From: Verrucomicrobiales bacterium
GTDB lineage: Bacteria > Verrucomicrobiota > Verrucomicrobiia > Verrucomicrobiales > SLCJ01
Length of the DNA: 45,075 bases
Reading direction: 5' to 3'
Assembly (NCBI GenBank): GCA_046075565.1
Contig: JBJTQJ010000081.1
Coordinates: 1-45,075 of the forward strand
Both the position numbers and the translations under genes were made by a program. Below are positions 25,338 through 35,876 of the stretch, in pieces; the first letter of the stretch is position 1, and the number at the start of each line of letters is the position of its first letter. The notes under the pieces are model-generated. The model saw only the letters and a program-made list of their open reading frames with translations, had not been told where the DNA came from and made no database searches.

Positions 25338-25397
25338 CCTCCAGCCGACGCTCCCTTGAGGTGGATTTTTCCCCGTTCTTGAAGCAAATGAAGTGGC

Positions 25398-25413
25398 TGG
25401 CATGATTTCTGCT
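25398..25413 (+). promoter_or_regulatory. Putative sigma54 promoter of glnII
   Basis: TGGCATGATTTCTGCT: GG(25399-25400)-N10-GC(25411-25412). Confidence 0.65.
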
Positions 25414-25532
25414 TCCGCATAATATGCCCTTGCGTGATGGCCGCGAATCCCGACCATTGCGCTGGGTCTTCCGGCGGGAAAAATCCCCCCGGTCGGCCAA
25501 CATCCCAATCCTACGACCCAATTCATCAAATT

Positions 25533-26549
25533 ATGGCAAAATACAAACTGGAGTATATCTGGCTGGACGGTTACACCCCCGTCCCGAACCTGCGCGGCAA
25601 AACCCAAATCAAGGAATTCGGCAGCTTCCCGAAACTGGAAGAGCTTCCCATGTGGGGCTTCGACGGAAGTTCGACCCAACAGGCCGAAGGCCGCAGCTCC
25701 GACTGCATGCTCAAGCCGGTGGCGGTGTTCCCTGACAGCACCCGCAAGAATGGCGTGCTTGTCATGTGCGAAGTCATGATGCCCGATGGTGTGACTCCCC
25801 ACCCGTCCAATGCGCGTGCAACGATTCTCGATGACCCGGGCGCTTGGTTCGGCTTCGAGCAGGAGTATTTCCTCTACCAGGACGGCCGTCCCCTCGGTTT
25901 CCCCGAAGAAGGTTATCCCGCTCCCCAAGGTCCCTACTACACCGGCGTCGGCTTCAAGAACGTCGGCGACGTTGCCCGTCAGATTGTTGAGGAGCACCTC
26001 GACCTCTGTCTCGACGCCGGCATCAACCACGAAGGCATCAACGCCGAAGTGGCCAAAGGCCAGTGGGAATTCCAGATTTTCGGCAAAGGCTCCAAACGCG
26101 CCGCCGACGAAATGTGGATGGCCCGCTACCTCCTCATGCGTCTCTGCGAAAAATACGGCATCGATGTAGAGTTCCATTGCAAGCCCATCCGTGGCGATTG
26201 GAACGGCTCCGGCATGCACGCCAACTTCTCTACCACCCACATGCGTGAAGTCGGTGGCAAGGAGTATTTTGAGGCGCTCATGGCCTCGTTCCAAAAGAAC
26301 ATGGACGAGCACATCGCGGTCTACGGCCCGGACAACCACCTGCGCCTGACCGGCCTGCACGAAACGCAATCGATCGACAAGTTCACCTACGGCGTTGCCG
26401 ACCGCGGTTCGTCCGTCCGGATCCCGCATTCCTTCGTCAACAACGGTTACAAGGGCTACCTAGAGGACCGCCGTCCGAACTCCCAAGGCGACCCCTACCA
26501 GATCGCCAGCCGGATCCTGAAGTCCATTCAGGAAGTCAAGATCAAGTGA
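25533..26549 (+). CDS. glnII: Glutamine synthetase type II
   Basis: 338 aa; LEYIWLDG, WGFDGSST, GFEQEYF, PQGPYYTGVG, GINAEVAKGQWEFQI, DWNGSGMHANFS, RLTGLHET, YLEDRRPNSQGDPY. Confidence 0.95.
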   Translation: MAKYKLEYIWLDGYTPVPNLRGKTQIKEFGSFPKLEELPMWGFDGSSTQQAEGRSSDCMLKPVAVFPDSTRKNGVLVMCEVMMPDGVTPHPSNARATILDDPGAWFGFEQEYFLYQDGRPLGFPEEGYPAPQGPYYTGVGFKNVGDVARQIVEEHLDLCLDAGINHEGINAEVAKGQWEFQIFGKGSKRAADEMWMARYLLMRLCEKYGIDVEFHCKPIRGDWNGSGMHANFSTTHMREVGGKEYFEALMASFQKNMDEHIAVYGPDNHLRLTGLHETQSIDKFTYGVADRGSSVRIPHSFVNNGYKGYLEDRRPNSQGDPYQIASRILKSIQEVKIK

Positions 26550-26606
26550 CCCATCGGCGAGCAGCGGACCTCTGGTCCGCTGCCTGCCAAGGCTTTTGCC
26601 TCTCCC

Positions 26607-26642
26607 AGCCGCCTCCGGGGATTCTCCGGGGGCGGTTTTTTT
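26607..26642 (+). terminator. Rho-independent terminator after glnII
   Basis: AGCCGCCTCCGG...CCGGGGGCGGTT stem plus T run; preceded by a separate perfect hairpin GCAGCGGACC-TCT-GGTCCGCTGC at 26561-26583. Confidence 0.8.
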
Positions 26643-27337
26643 ATGATATCATTGGGGGCTTTTTCAGATTTCTTCTTCCTCCCCGCATCCCGGATCCCGG
26701 GCCATACCACCGACCTGGCATACCCACCACGTATCGCCCCACAAGGCTTTGTTTGTCTTGTGTCTTGCGTCTTCAAGTCTTGTGTCTCCGCCGCAGGCGG
26801 CGGTTTTGTCTTGCTTGGAACCAGCGTATCCGAACCCGGACCAAGGCAGAATCGTGGCTCTGGAGTCCTCCTGGCCCGCATGTCGTGTTCAAACGAAACC
26901 TTCGTGAAAAAATTTTGGCAAGGCGGCCCGGAGAACCACGTATCTGCGGGGTGAAAACTGCCGTGGATTTCTCCGATTCAGCCGCCTTCAGGGCGCCGAT
27001 TGGGGACTTCTCATATCGAGACACCGCGTGCTGGCGCACCCATGCGCCCCTCTCTCCCTCTCCAATGCAAGGCGGAGAGGTATCGCCACTCCGCTCCCCC
27101 TCAACCTGCCAATGCACTCCACGCATGGACTTAAGGAATTTTCCAATCCGGCTCACTTCTTGCTGGAAGTTTTTTGTGACGAATGCGAAACAAAGCGTTG
27201 TGCGACAAATCCCTGTTCCTCGCTATCGATTCAATCGTTTCGACAATGGTCATCGCAAGACACCGTCAGCCACCTCTGACGCCATCTCTCATCCACATAT
27301 TCCCACTGACGCCTCCCCAACTCCAATCCAACACACC

Positions 27338-30300
27338 ATGAATACCTCTTGTTCTTCGCACTCCGCATCCAGTCGTCGGATTTCAACATTCTCCCGGGCT
27401 CTTCGTGGGCTCCTCGCCACCTTGGTCATGGCTTGCGGGATATCGGTCGTTACCCCAGCGCACGCACAGACTAATCCAGCCGCCTTCGCGCTTTCCGGAG
27501 GTGATTTTACTTTCACGACTCAAACCGCGACCAGCACCACTTATCCGACCAACATGCAAGGTTGGACAACGGGAACAAACAACCTTGTGGGAATAACCAC
27601 CGCCGCACCGGGCGCAAACCAAGCGCTTGTTGCCTCAGGGACAGCCTCTACCGCAGGCATCTCAAACTTTGGTGTGAACGGATTCAATCTTCTTTCCACA
27701 GCCAGCTCAGCCCCACAGGTTGGAGCGATCGCCGTGGCATTGAACACGACCGGGAGAGCCAATGTCCTGGTTTCCTGGACGGCTGCGGACCAAACGACTG
27801 GATCCACCAGGCAGATGAACATGACCCTGCAGTATCGCATTGGAACAAGCGGCACCTTCACAACGGTTGCGGGGGCCACCTATACGACCAGCAATAATTC
27901 TCAAGCCGCCGCGACAAACTTCACAAATATTTCTCTTCCCGTGGTTTGCGAAAATAAACCTGTCGTTCAACTTCGTTGGATTACCTACGAATCTGCGAGC
28001 CAGTCAGGATCCCGCGATGCGATCCGTCTCGACGACATCACCGTCACTTCATCTGTGGGGCCGGTGATCACCGGCGCGGCTACGGCCAGCCCGTTCTCCA
28101 CCACGTATGGGACACCATCCGCGATTCAGACGTTTCCGGTTTCAGGCACCGGCCTGACGGCGGATCTTCTCGCCACCGCTCCGACGGGATTTGAGGTTGC
28201 GAGTGACGGTGCCACGTTTGGTCCCACCGCGACCTTCACTCAAAGCGGCGGAAATGCCAGCGGAACGCTATCCGTGCGTCTCAAGGCCACGGCGGCGGTT
28301 TTGGGAAACTACAATTCGCAGAACATCGTGCTATCCACTACCGGTGCGACTCCCGTCAACATCGTGACGGCGGCAAGCGGGAATGCGGTCACGGCCAAGG
28401 CCTTGTCGATCACCGCCAGCGCCCAGACCAAGACCTATGGGTTGGAACTTGCGCTCGGCACAAGCTTGTTCAGCTCCAGCGGTTTGGAGAATTCCGAAAC
28501 CATCGGCGCGGTGACCTTGACCTCCAGCGGTAGCGCGGCGGCGGCTCCTGCGACCACCTACGCGATCACCCCGAGCGCGGCCACTGGTGGAACCTTCACC
28601 GCCAGCAATTACAACATCACCTACAACACCGGAACCCTGACGGTGGACCCGAAGGCGCTCACCATCACGGCCAACGCGGTCACCAAGGCATTCGGAAACA
28701 CGCTGGCCAGCCCGGTCACCGGTTCCACCGCATTCACCAGCATTGGCTTGGTGGGATCCGAAACCATCGGCTCCGTGACCATTTCCTATGGCACGGGCGC
28801 CGCCTCTGGCGATGCGGCGGGCACGTATCCGAACCAGGTGACGCCGTCACTGGCCACGGGTGGCACCTTCAGCATCAGCAACTATACCCCGACCTACGTT
28901 TCATCGACACTGACGGTCACCGCAGATCCAACCATCTCTGTCACCGGGACGCTTGCTGCGGTTGACACGACCTATGGCACGCCGTCGGCGACTCCTTCCA
29001 GCTTCTCGGTCTCCGGGCTCGCTCTCACGGGCAATCTGACGGTCACTCCACCTGCAGGCTTCGAGGTTTCGCCTAGCATCGGTGCGGGCTACACCAACTC
29101 GCTGGTCCTCATGCCCGACAGCGGCATCCTGAGCGCCACCACGGTTTACGTGCGCCTCGCGGGTAGTACCGCGTTTGGATCCTATTCTGGCGACATCACC
29201 GTGTCCGGGGGCGGAGCGACATCTCAAACCATCGCCACCGCCCCCAGTTCGGTGGCCAAAAAAGCGCTGACGATTGCCGGACTCACCGGTGTCAACAAAC
29301 CATATGACGGCACCCTTGCCGCGACCACGACGGGAACGCCCGCCTATGTGGGCCTGGAGAATGGCGAAAGCTTCGCGGTCACCGGAACGGCAAGCGCCGA
29401 GTTTGCAAGCACCGGTGCCGGGACGGCCAAGCCGGTCACGGTGACCGGTTACACCGCTCCAAGCGATAACTACTCGGTGACCCAACCGACCGGCCTGAGC
29501 GCCGACATCACTCCGGTGCCACTGAGCATCACCGCGCCAACGATTGCGGACAAGCCATACAACGGCAGCCCGACCGCCGGCGCGGTGACGGTGGGGACGC
29601 TCTCAGGCTTTGTGGGAAGCGAGACCGTGACTGCGACGGCCTCCGCAGCAGCCTATCCGAGCGCGAACGCAGCGACTTACACCGGGACAGTGATTACTTA
29701 CGCACTACAGAACGGCACCAACGGCGGATTGGCTTCTAACTACACCCTTCCAAACGGAACCGCGGATGGAACCATCATACCAAAGTCGATTACCGTTACC
29801 GCCAACAGCGTCTCCAAAGAGTTCGGCGAGACCTTGACGGGCGGCCCGGGTTCGACGGCATTCACCACCGGCACTGGTCTTGTAACACCAGATACCATCG
29901 GGTCGGTGACGATTACCTACGGCGCAGGCGCAGCAGCGGGTGATGCCGCCGGAACTTACCTTGGCGCAGTCACCCCCTCGGCCGCCACAGGTGGAACCTT
30001 TACTGCGACCAACTACTCCATCTCCTATGTGGCCGGAAACATCACGGTTATGCCTCCTTTGATCGCCGGATGGGATTTCCAGACCACGACCACGGGTGGC
30101 ACGGCTGCCGCGGCCGCACCCGGCTCACCAACGACCTACACCGCGAATTTAGGCGAAGGCACGATTTACATGAATGGCACCAATGGTGCTAGCACGTGGA
30201 CGTCACTGGCATCAAACTCACAGGTAACGTCTTTCACTGGAACCGCCGTCAACGCGGCAGCCGGATTTTCAATCGTTACAACTGCTACCTCGTGCTTGGC

Positions 30301-31456
30301 AATTGCCAACAGCTCAGCGAACAATCAGCGGATTGTTTTCAAATTCAGTATGAGCGGTCGTGCGGACTTGATGGTCAGCTATGCGACTCGGCGAACCAAT
30401 ACTGGCTTCAATTCCCATCTCTGGGAGTATAGCACCAACGGCACGACTTGGACAACGGCTGGAACTATTGGTTCCATTCCCACCGCCGACTTTGAGAGCA
30501 AATCCCTCGCGACCATCACCGCGCTCGACCGAGCGCCGATCGCTTATCTCAGGCTGACGGTAAGCGGGGCTTCTACCGCCACTGGAAACAACCGCTTGGA
30601 CAACATCCAGATCCGGGCGGCCAACGCTCCGGCAATCGAGTTCACCGGAACGGTGGCGGCCTTCACCACCACCTTCGGCAGCCCCTCCGCAGAGCAGATT
30701 TTCGCGATTTCGGGACTCAACCTGAGCGCCGACATCACGGCCACCGCCCCGACCGGTTTCGAGGTGTCCTCGGATGGAACCACCTATGCATCCACCGCCA
30801 CCTTCACGGAATCCGGCGGAGAGGCCAGCGGGTCGCTGCGCATCCGCCTTACGGCGAGCGCTCCCGTCTCCGGGAGCTACAACTCCCAGAACATCGTCCT
30901 TTCCAGCACGGGAGCCCCGTCGGTGAACATTACCACCACCGCCTCAGGCAACATCGTCAGCAAGGCAACGCCGGTCATCACCACCGCGCCCACCGCATCG
31001 GCCATCACCGAGGGGCAGACCCTGGCATCGTCAACCCTGAGCGGTGGAGTCGCCAGCGTGCCTGGCACGTTCGCCTTCACGACTCCCGCGACGACTCCTC
31101 CGGTGGGAACGGACAGCCAAGGCGTGACCTTCACGCCGACGGATACCTCAAACTACAACAATGCCACCACCACTGTCAGCGTGACGGTGAATCCGGGCAG
31201 CACGCTGGATCCGTTGTTCACTGATCCCACGATGAACGCCGTGCTTTCCACCCCAAGCGCGGGTGTCAGACGTCTCAACTTCACCGGCATTCCGGCCCGG
31301 GTTTATGGCATCCAGCGTTCCGGCACGCTCGCACCCGGCGGATGGACCCAGATCGGCATCGTGACGGCCCCGACGGGCGGCGCATGCGAATACGACGATC
31401 CCAGCCCGCTGCCCGAGAGGGGATTCTATCGGATCATTTACCCGGCCGTGCCTTGA
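27338..31456 (+). CDS. Large Thr/Gly/Ala/Ser-rich secreted adhesin-like protein (MBG-like and YDG repeats)
   Basis: Signal peptide ending TPAHA-Q from ATG 27338; KALxITAxxxTKxxG MBG-like repeats; NKPYDG and DKPYNG YDG-like repeats; three TTxG.PSA...GFEVS/A modules; C-terminal ...YGIQRS.TL...W...YDD...FYRIIYP domain. Confidence 0.88.
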   Translation: MNTSCSSHSASSRRISTFSRALRGLLATLVMACGISVVTPAHAQTNPAAFALSGGDFTFTTQTATSTTYPTNMQGWTTGTNNLVGITTAAPGANQALVASGTASTAGISNFGVNGFNLLSTASSAPQVGAIAVALNTTGRANVLVSWTAADQTTGSTRQMNMTLQYRIGTSGTFTTVAGATYTTSNNSQAAATNFTNISLPVVCENKPVVQLRWITYESASQSGSRDAIRLDDITVTSSVGPVITGAATASPFSTTYGTPSAIQTFPVSGTGLTADLLATAPTGFEVASDGATFGPTATFTQSGGNASGTLSVRLKATAAVLGNYNSQNIVLSTTGATPVNIVTAASGNAVTAKALSITASAQTKTYGLELALGTSLFSSSGLENSETIGAVTLTSSGSAAAAPATTYAITPSAATGGTFTASNYNITYNTGTLTVDPKALTITANAVTKAFGNTLASPVTGSTAFTSIGLVGSETIGSVTISYGTGAASGDAAGTYPNQVTPSLATGGTFSISNYTPTYVSSTLTVTADPTISVTGTLAAVDTTYGTPSATPSSFSVSGLALTGNLTVTPPAGFEVSPSIGAGYTNSLVLMPDSGILSATTVYVRLAGSTAFGSYSGDITVSGGGATSQTIATAPSSVAKKALTIAGLTGVNKPYDGTLAATTTGTPAYVGLENGESFAVTGTASAEFASTGAGTAKPVTVTGYTAPSDNYSVTQPTGLSADITPVPLSITAPTIADKPYNGSPTAGAVTVGTLSGFVGSETVTATASAAAYPSANAATYTGTVITYALQNGTNGGLASNYTLPNGTADGTIIPKSITVTANSVSKEFGETLTGGPGSTAFTTGTGLVTPDTIGSVTITYGAGAAAGDAAGTYLGAVTPSAATGGTFTATNYSISYVAGNITVMPPLIAGWDFQTTTTGGTAAAAAPGSPTTYTANLGEGTIYMNGTNGASTWTSLASNSQVTSFTGTAVNAAAGFSIVTTATSCLAIANSSANNQRIVFKFSMSGRADLMVSYATRRTNTGFNSHLWEYSTNGTTWTTAGTIGSIPTADFESKSLATITALDRAPIAYLRLTVSGASTATGNNRLDNIQIRAANAPAIEFTGTVAAFTTTFGSPSAEQIFAISGLNLSADITATAPTGFEVSSDGTTYASTATFTESGGEASGSLRIRLTASAPVSGSYNSQNIVLSSTGAPSVNITTTASGNIVSKATPVITTAPTASAITEGQTLASSTLSGGVASVPGTFAFTTPATTPPVGTDSQGVTFTPTDTSNYNNATTTVSVTVNPGSTLDPLFTDPTMNAVLSTPSAGVRRLNFTGIPARVYGIQRSGTLAPGGWTQIGIVTAPTGGACEYDDPSPLPERGFYRIIYPAVP

Positions 31457-31718
31457 TCCGCCCTCAAGGTGGTGGCCCGCTCTCTCCGAGATCTGCTGTG
31501 GGCAACAGCATACATTACCTGAGGCGAGAACGGGTCCGTCCGGATTCCGGATACCTTCGTCAACGACAGCGACAAGGTCTGCCCGGAAGACCGGGCGGTT
31601 GCGAGGTGCGCGTGGGTGAGAGGGTTTGGCGGCTCCAGCCAGCAGGGATGGGAGGGCGGAGTCGCTTCGCGCACGCTCAACCAGTCCTTGCAAGCACCGT
31701 CGGCCTGCCCCATGGTGA

Positions 31719-33029
<1,311 letters not shown>

Positions 33030-33042
33030 ACCCTCCGAACCC

Positions 33043-33759
33043 ATGAGCCCGGGATCCACCACCCGCCCGCCACGCCACATTGCCATCATCATGGATGGCA
33101 ATGGCCGCTGGGCCAAGGAACGCGGGTTGCCCCGTTCGGCCGGCCACCGCGCGGGTGCGGATTCCGTGCAAGCCTGCGTTGAAACCTGCAAGGAACTTGG
33201 CGTCGAAGTCCTGACCCTCTACGCTTTCTCGTCCGAGAACTGGAAACGACCGAAGGCCGAGGTGGAAGCACTCATGAAGCTGCTGGAGAAATTTCTCCGC
33301 GACAAAAAGAAGAAAATGATGAAATGGAATGTGCGCATGCAGGCCATCGGCCGCATCGCCGATTTGCCTCCACGCTGCCAGGATGCCTTGCATGATGCCA
33401 TCGAGGCGACGAGCAAAAATACTGCGCTTACCCTCGTGTTGGCCCTTTCCTACGGAGGCCGCGAGGAAATCATCGATGGCGTGAAATCCGTGGTCCGCCA
33501 TGTCCAGCAGGGGCTTCTCGATCCGGCCATGATCACGCCGGAAATGTTTTCCAGTCATCTCTACACCCGCTACTATCCGGATCCGGATCTGTTGATCCGC
33601 ACCTCCGGTGAGATGCGCGTTTCCAATTTCCTGCTCTGGCAGATTTCCTACGCCGAAATGGTCGTGGTGAAGAAAAACTGGCCGGATTTCCGCGGACCGG
33701 ATTTGCGCGCCGCCATCGCCGAATACCACGGTCGTAACCGCCGCTTCGGTGGGGTTTGA
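33043..33759 (+). CDS. uppS: Undecaprenyl diphosphate synthase (isoprenyl transferase)
   Basis: PRHIAIIMDGNGRWA, LYAFSSENWKRP, SYGGREEI, DPDLLIRTSGEMRVSNFLLWQ, RRFGG. Confidence 0.97.
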   Translation: MSPGSTTRPPRHIAIIMDGNGRWAKERGLPRSAGHRAGADSVQACVETCKELGVEVLTLYAFSSENWKRPKAEVEALMKLLEKFLRDKKKKMMKWNVRMQAIGRIADLPPRCQDALHDAIEATSKNTALTLVLALSYGGREEIIDGVKSVVRHVQQGLLDPAMITPEMFSSHLYTRYYPDPDLLIRTSGEMRVSNFLLWQISYAEMVVVKKNWPDFRGPDLRAAIAEYHGRNRRFGGV

Positions 33760-33827
33760 GCGAGTCTGGCCCGGCACCGGAAGCGGTGCCGCTACGGCAA
33801 GATGGCTCGGGCATCCGGGCAAATTCT

Positions 33828-34259
33828 TCACCCTTCCTTCTCCGGCAGATAGCCGAGTCCGCGCAGCGTCTCCTGCAACTTTTCGATCTGGCGGCGATCC
33901 TGTTTGGTGGGACGTCCTTCGCCGGGGGCACGGGCGGGATGCTCCAGACGGCGTGCCTCGCGGGCGGCGACCAGCACATCCGGAATTGTTAGGTCCGTAT
34001 AACAAGTGACAGCAATCGGAGCCCCGGCCCGACGGGAGATGATTTTTTCGACGCGTATCTCCCTCGGGCAGAGTTCAGTCGAGATCACGAGCAGGTCACC
34101 CGGCCGGAGCGGTGTGGCCGGTTTGACGGGTTGTCCTGCTTTGCGCACCTTGCCGCCCTTGCACGCCTCCGCGGCAAGCGAACGCGACTTGTAGAACCGG
34201 GTGGCCCAGAGCCAGAGGTCGGCGCGCAATGACTCGGGCGATGTGGATTGATCAGGCAT
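33828..34259 (-). CDS. hslR: Ribosome-associated heat shock protein Hsp15 (S4 domain)
   Basis: RADLWLWATRFYKSRSLAAEACKGGKV and GRPTKQDRR. Confidence 0.92.
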   Translation of the reverse strand: MPDQSTSPESLRADLWLWATRFYKSRSLAAEACKGGKVRKAGQPVKPATPLRPGDLLVISTELCPREIRVEKIISRRAGAPIAVTCYTDLTIPDVLVAAREARRLEHPARAPGEGRPTKQDRRQIEKLQETLRGLGYLPEKEG

Positions 34260-34285
34260 CTGCTGGTCTTCGCTTGAATAGATGC

Positions 34286-34436
34286 AACCACGAATGGACA
34301 CGAATCAAGACGAATGAAAGAACCTTCAAAGGGAAAAGAAAACCACGAATTCCACCCTTCGTCGCCTTACGGGCCATAATGGGCAGACGAATGGGCACGG
34401 AAATAAATTCGTGTCTCTTCGTGTCCATTCGTGGTT
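34286..34436. repeat. 151-bp MITE-like element with 10-mer-periodic terminal inverted repeats
   Basis: AACCACGAATGGACACGAA (34286-34304) is the perfect reverse complement of TTCGTGTCCATTCGTGGTT (34418-34436); ACGAA recurs every 10 nt in both arms; a further AACCACGAAT lies inside. Confidence 0.8.
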
Positions 34437-34455
34437 TCAATTTCCGAAGCCGTGT

Positions 34456-35859
34456 TTACGCCTTGGGTTTCCCGTTCTTCGTTGCGCGGTTGGCCATCCA
34501 TTTGCGGAACTCCCCACCGTGGCTTTCGGGCAGGGTGCGGTTTTTGAACCAGGCCTGGAGGATGCTTACCGGTGCGTGATGCACGGGCAGGTGGTTCATG
34601 GCCTTCGACATGGTCATGCCGACACGCCACAGCTTTGGCGAGGTGGCGAGCATGGCGAAAGGAGCCATGGGCACGGCCGTGCCGGTGGGTGCGCCCTCAC
34701 GTTTCGCCTTGTCGCGCAAGCGCAGCAACAAATCGGGGATGGGAATGTCCACCGGGCAGACCTCGTTGCACGCCCCGCAGAGCGAGGATGCTTTGGGCAA
34801 GTCGGCCAGCTCGCGGAAGCGGTCGCCGAAAAGGATGGGGGAGAGCACGGCTCCGACCGGTCCTCCGTAGGGCGAACGATAGGCATGGCCGCTGGCCTGA
34901 CGGTAAACCGGGCACACATTCTGACAGGCCCCGCAGCGGATGCAGCGGAGGATTTCCTTGCAGTCGCCACCGAGGATTCCGCTGCGTCCGTTGTCCATGA
35001 GGATGACGTGCATGGTGTCCGGCCCGGAGGGCTGCGAGGATGCACGCGGGCCGGAAATGAATTCGGTATAAACGGTGAGTTGCTGCGCGGTGGCGGAGCG
35101 TCCTAACAAATTGAGGAAAACCGAGAGGTCGCGATCCTTGGGGATGATCTTCTCGATGCCGACGAGGGCGATGTGGGTTTTGTTCGGAGCCATTCCGAAG
35201 CGGGTGTTGCCTTCGTTGGTCACGAGCACGAGTCGTCCGGTTTCCGCGACAAGAAAGTTGCCACCGGTGATCCCGGCGTCGGAGGCCATGTATTTGCCGC
35301 GCATGTATCGGCGGGCGCGGCGGGTGATCGTCTCCGGGTCGTCGTTGTAGTCGGAGGCGATGCCATTGCTCTGGAAGGTGCGGGCAATCTCGCGCCGGTT
35401 CTTATGGATGATCGGTTTGACGATATGGGAGGGTTCGTCGTGATCGAGTTGCACGATGAATTCCCCGAGGTCGGTCTCGAGCACTTCGAGTCCTTCTTTT
35501 TCCAGATGCGGGTTGAGGTGGATTTCCTCCGCCGCCATGGATTTCGATTTCATGACCGAGCGGGCGCCGCTTTGCTTGAGGATATCCGTGCAAATTCGGC
35601 GGGCATCGGCTCCGGTGGCGGCGAAGTGGACTTTCACGCCATTCCGTTCAAGGGCGGCGACGGCTTCGGGCAGGTAGCGGTCGAGGTTTTCCAGAGTGTG
35701 TTGCTTAATCTGACCGGCGAGGTGGCGCAAGGCATCGGGATCAGCGTAGTCATTAAAAAGCACGCCAACGCGTTTTTCCGTGCCCTTTTTCGAGCCATCG
35801 TAAACGGCGGCGCGACGTTCGGTCGGAAGCTGGCGGGCGAAGGTGTCGATCTTTTGCAT
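34456..35859 (-). CDS. lutB: Lactate utilization Fe-S protein LutB (LldF/YkgF)
   Basis: KSKSMAAEEI, ETDLGEFIVQL, PSHIV, LVTNEGN, CIRCGACQNVCPVY, SSLCGACNEVCPVDIP. Confidence 0.93.
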   Translation of the reverse strand: MQKIDTFARQLPTERRAAVYDGSKKGTEKRVGVLFNDYADPDALRHLAGQIKQHTLENLDRYLPEAVAALERNGVKVHFAATGADARRICTDILKQSGARSVMKSKSMAAEEIHLNPHLEKEGLEVLETDLGEFIVQLDHDEPSHIVKPIIHKNRREIARTFQSNGIASDYNDDPETITRRARRYMRGKYMASDAGITGGNFLVAETGRLVLVTNEGNTRFGMAPNKTHIALVGIEKIIPKDRDLSVFLNLLGRSATAQQLTVYTEFISGPRASSQPSGPDTMHVILMDNGRSGILGGDCKEILRCIRCGACQNVCPVYRQASGHAYRSPYGGPVGAVLSPILFGDRFRELADLPKASSLCGACNEVCPVDIPIPDLLLRLRDKAKREGAPTGTAVPMAPFAMLATSPKLWRVGMTMSKAMNHLPVHHAPVSILQAWFKNRTLPESHGGEFRKWMANRATKNGKPKA

Positions 35860-35876
35860 GGCGGCGTCGGATAAAA

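Noticed and set aside
25266..26429. 387-aa antisense ORF over glnII (likewise 31677..33191 over purA, 40606..41634 over guaA, 15560..16651 over the PBP)
   Set aside because: Shadow frames expected from high GC3 codon bias on the opposite strand of well-conserved genes; no motifs.
26546..27337. 264-codon N-terminal extension of the adhesin ORF (1636 aa in the track)
   Set aside because: It crosses the glnII terminator and repeat-rich DNA and translates to R/P/S-rich non-protein-like sequence; the signal peptide begins at ATG 27338.
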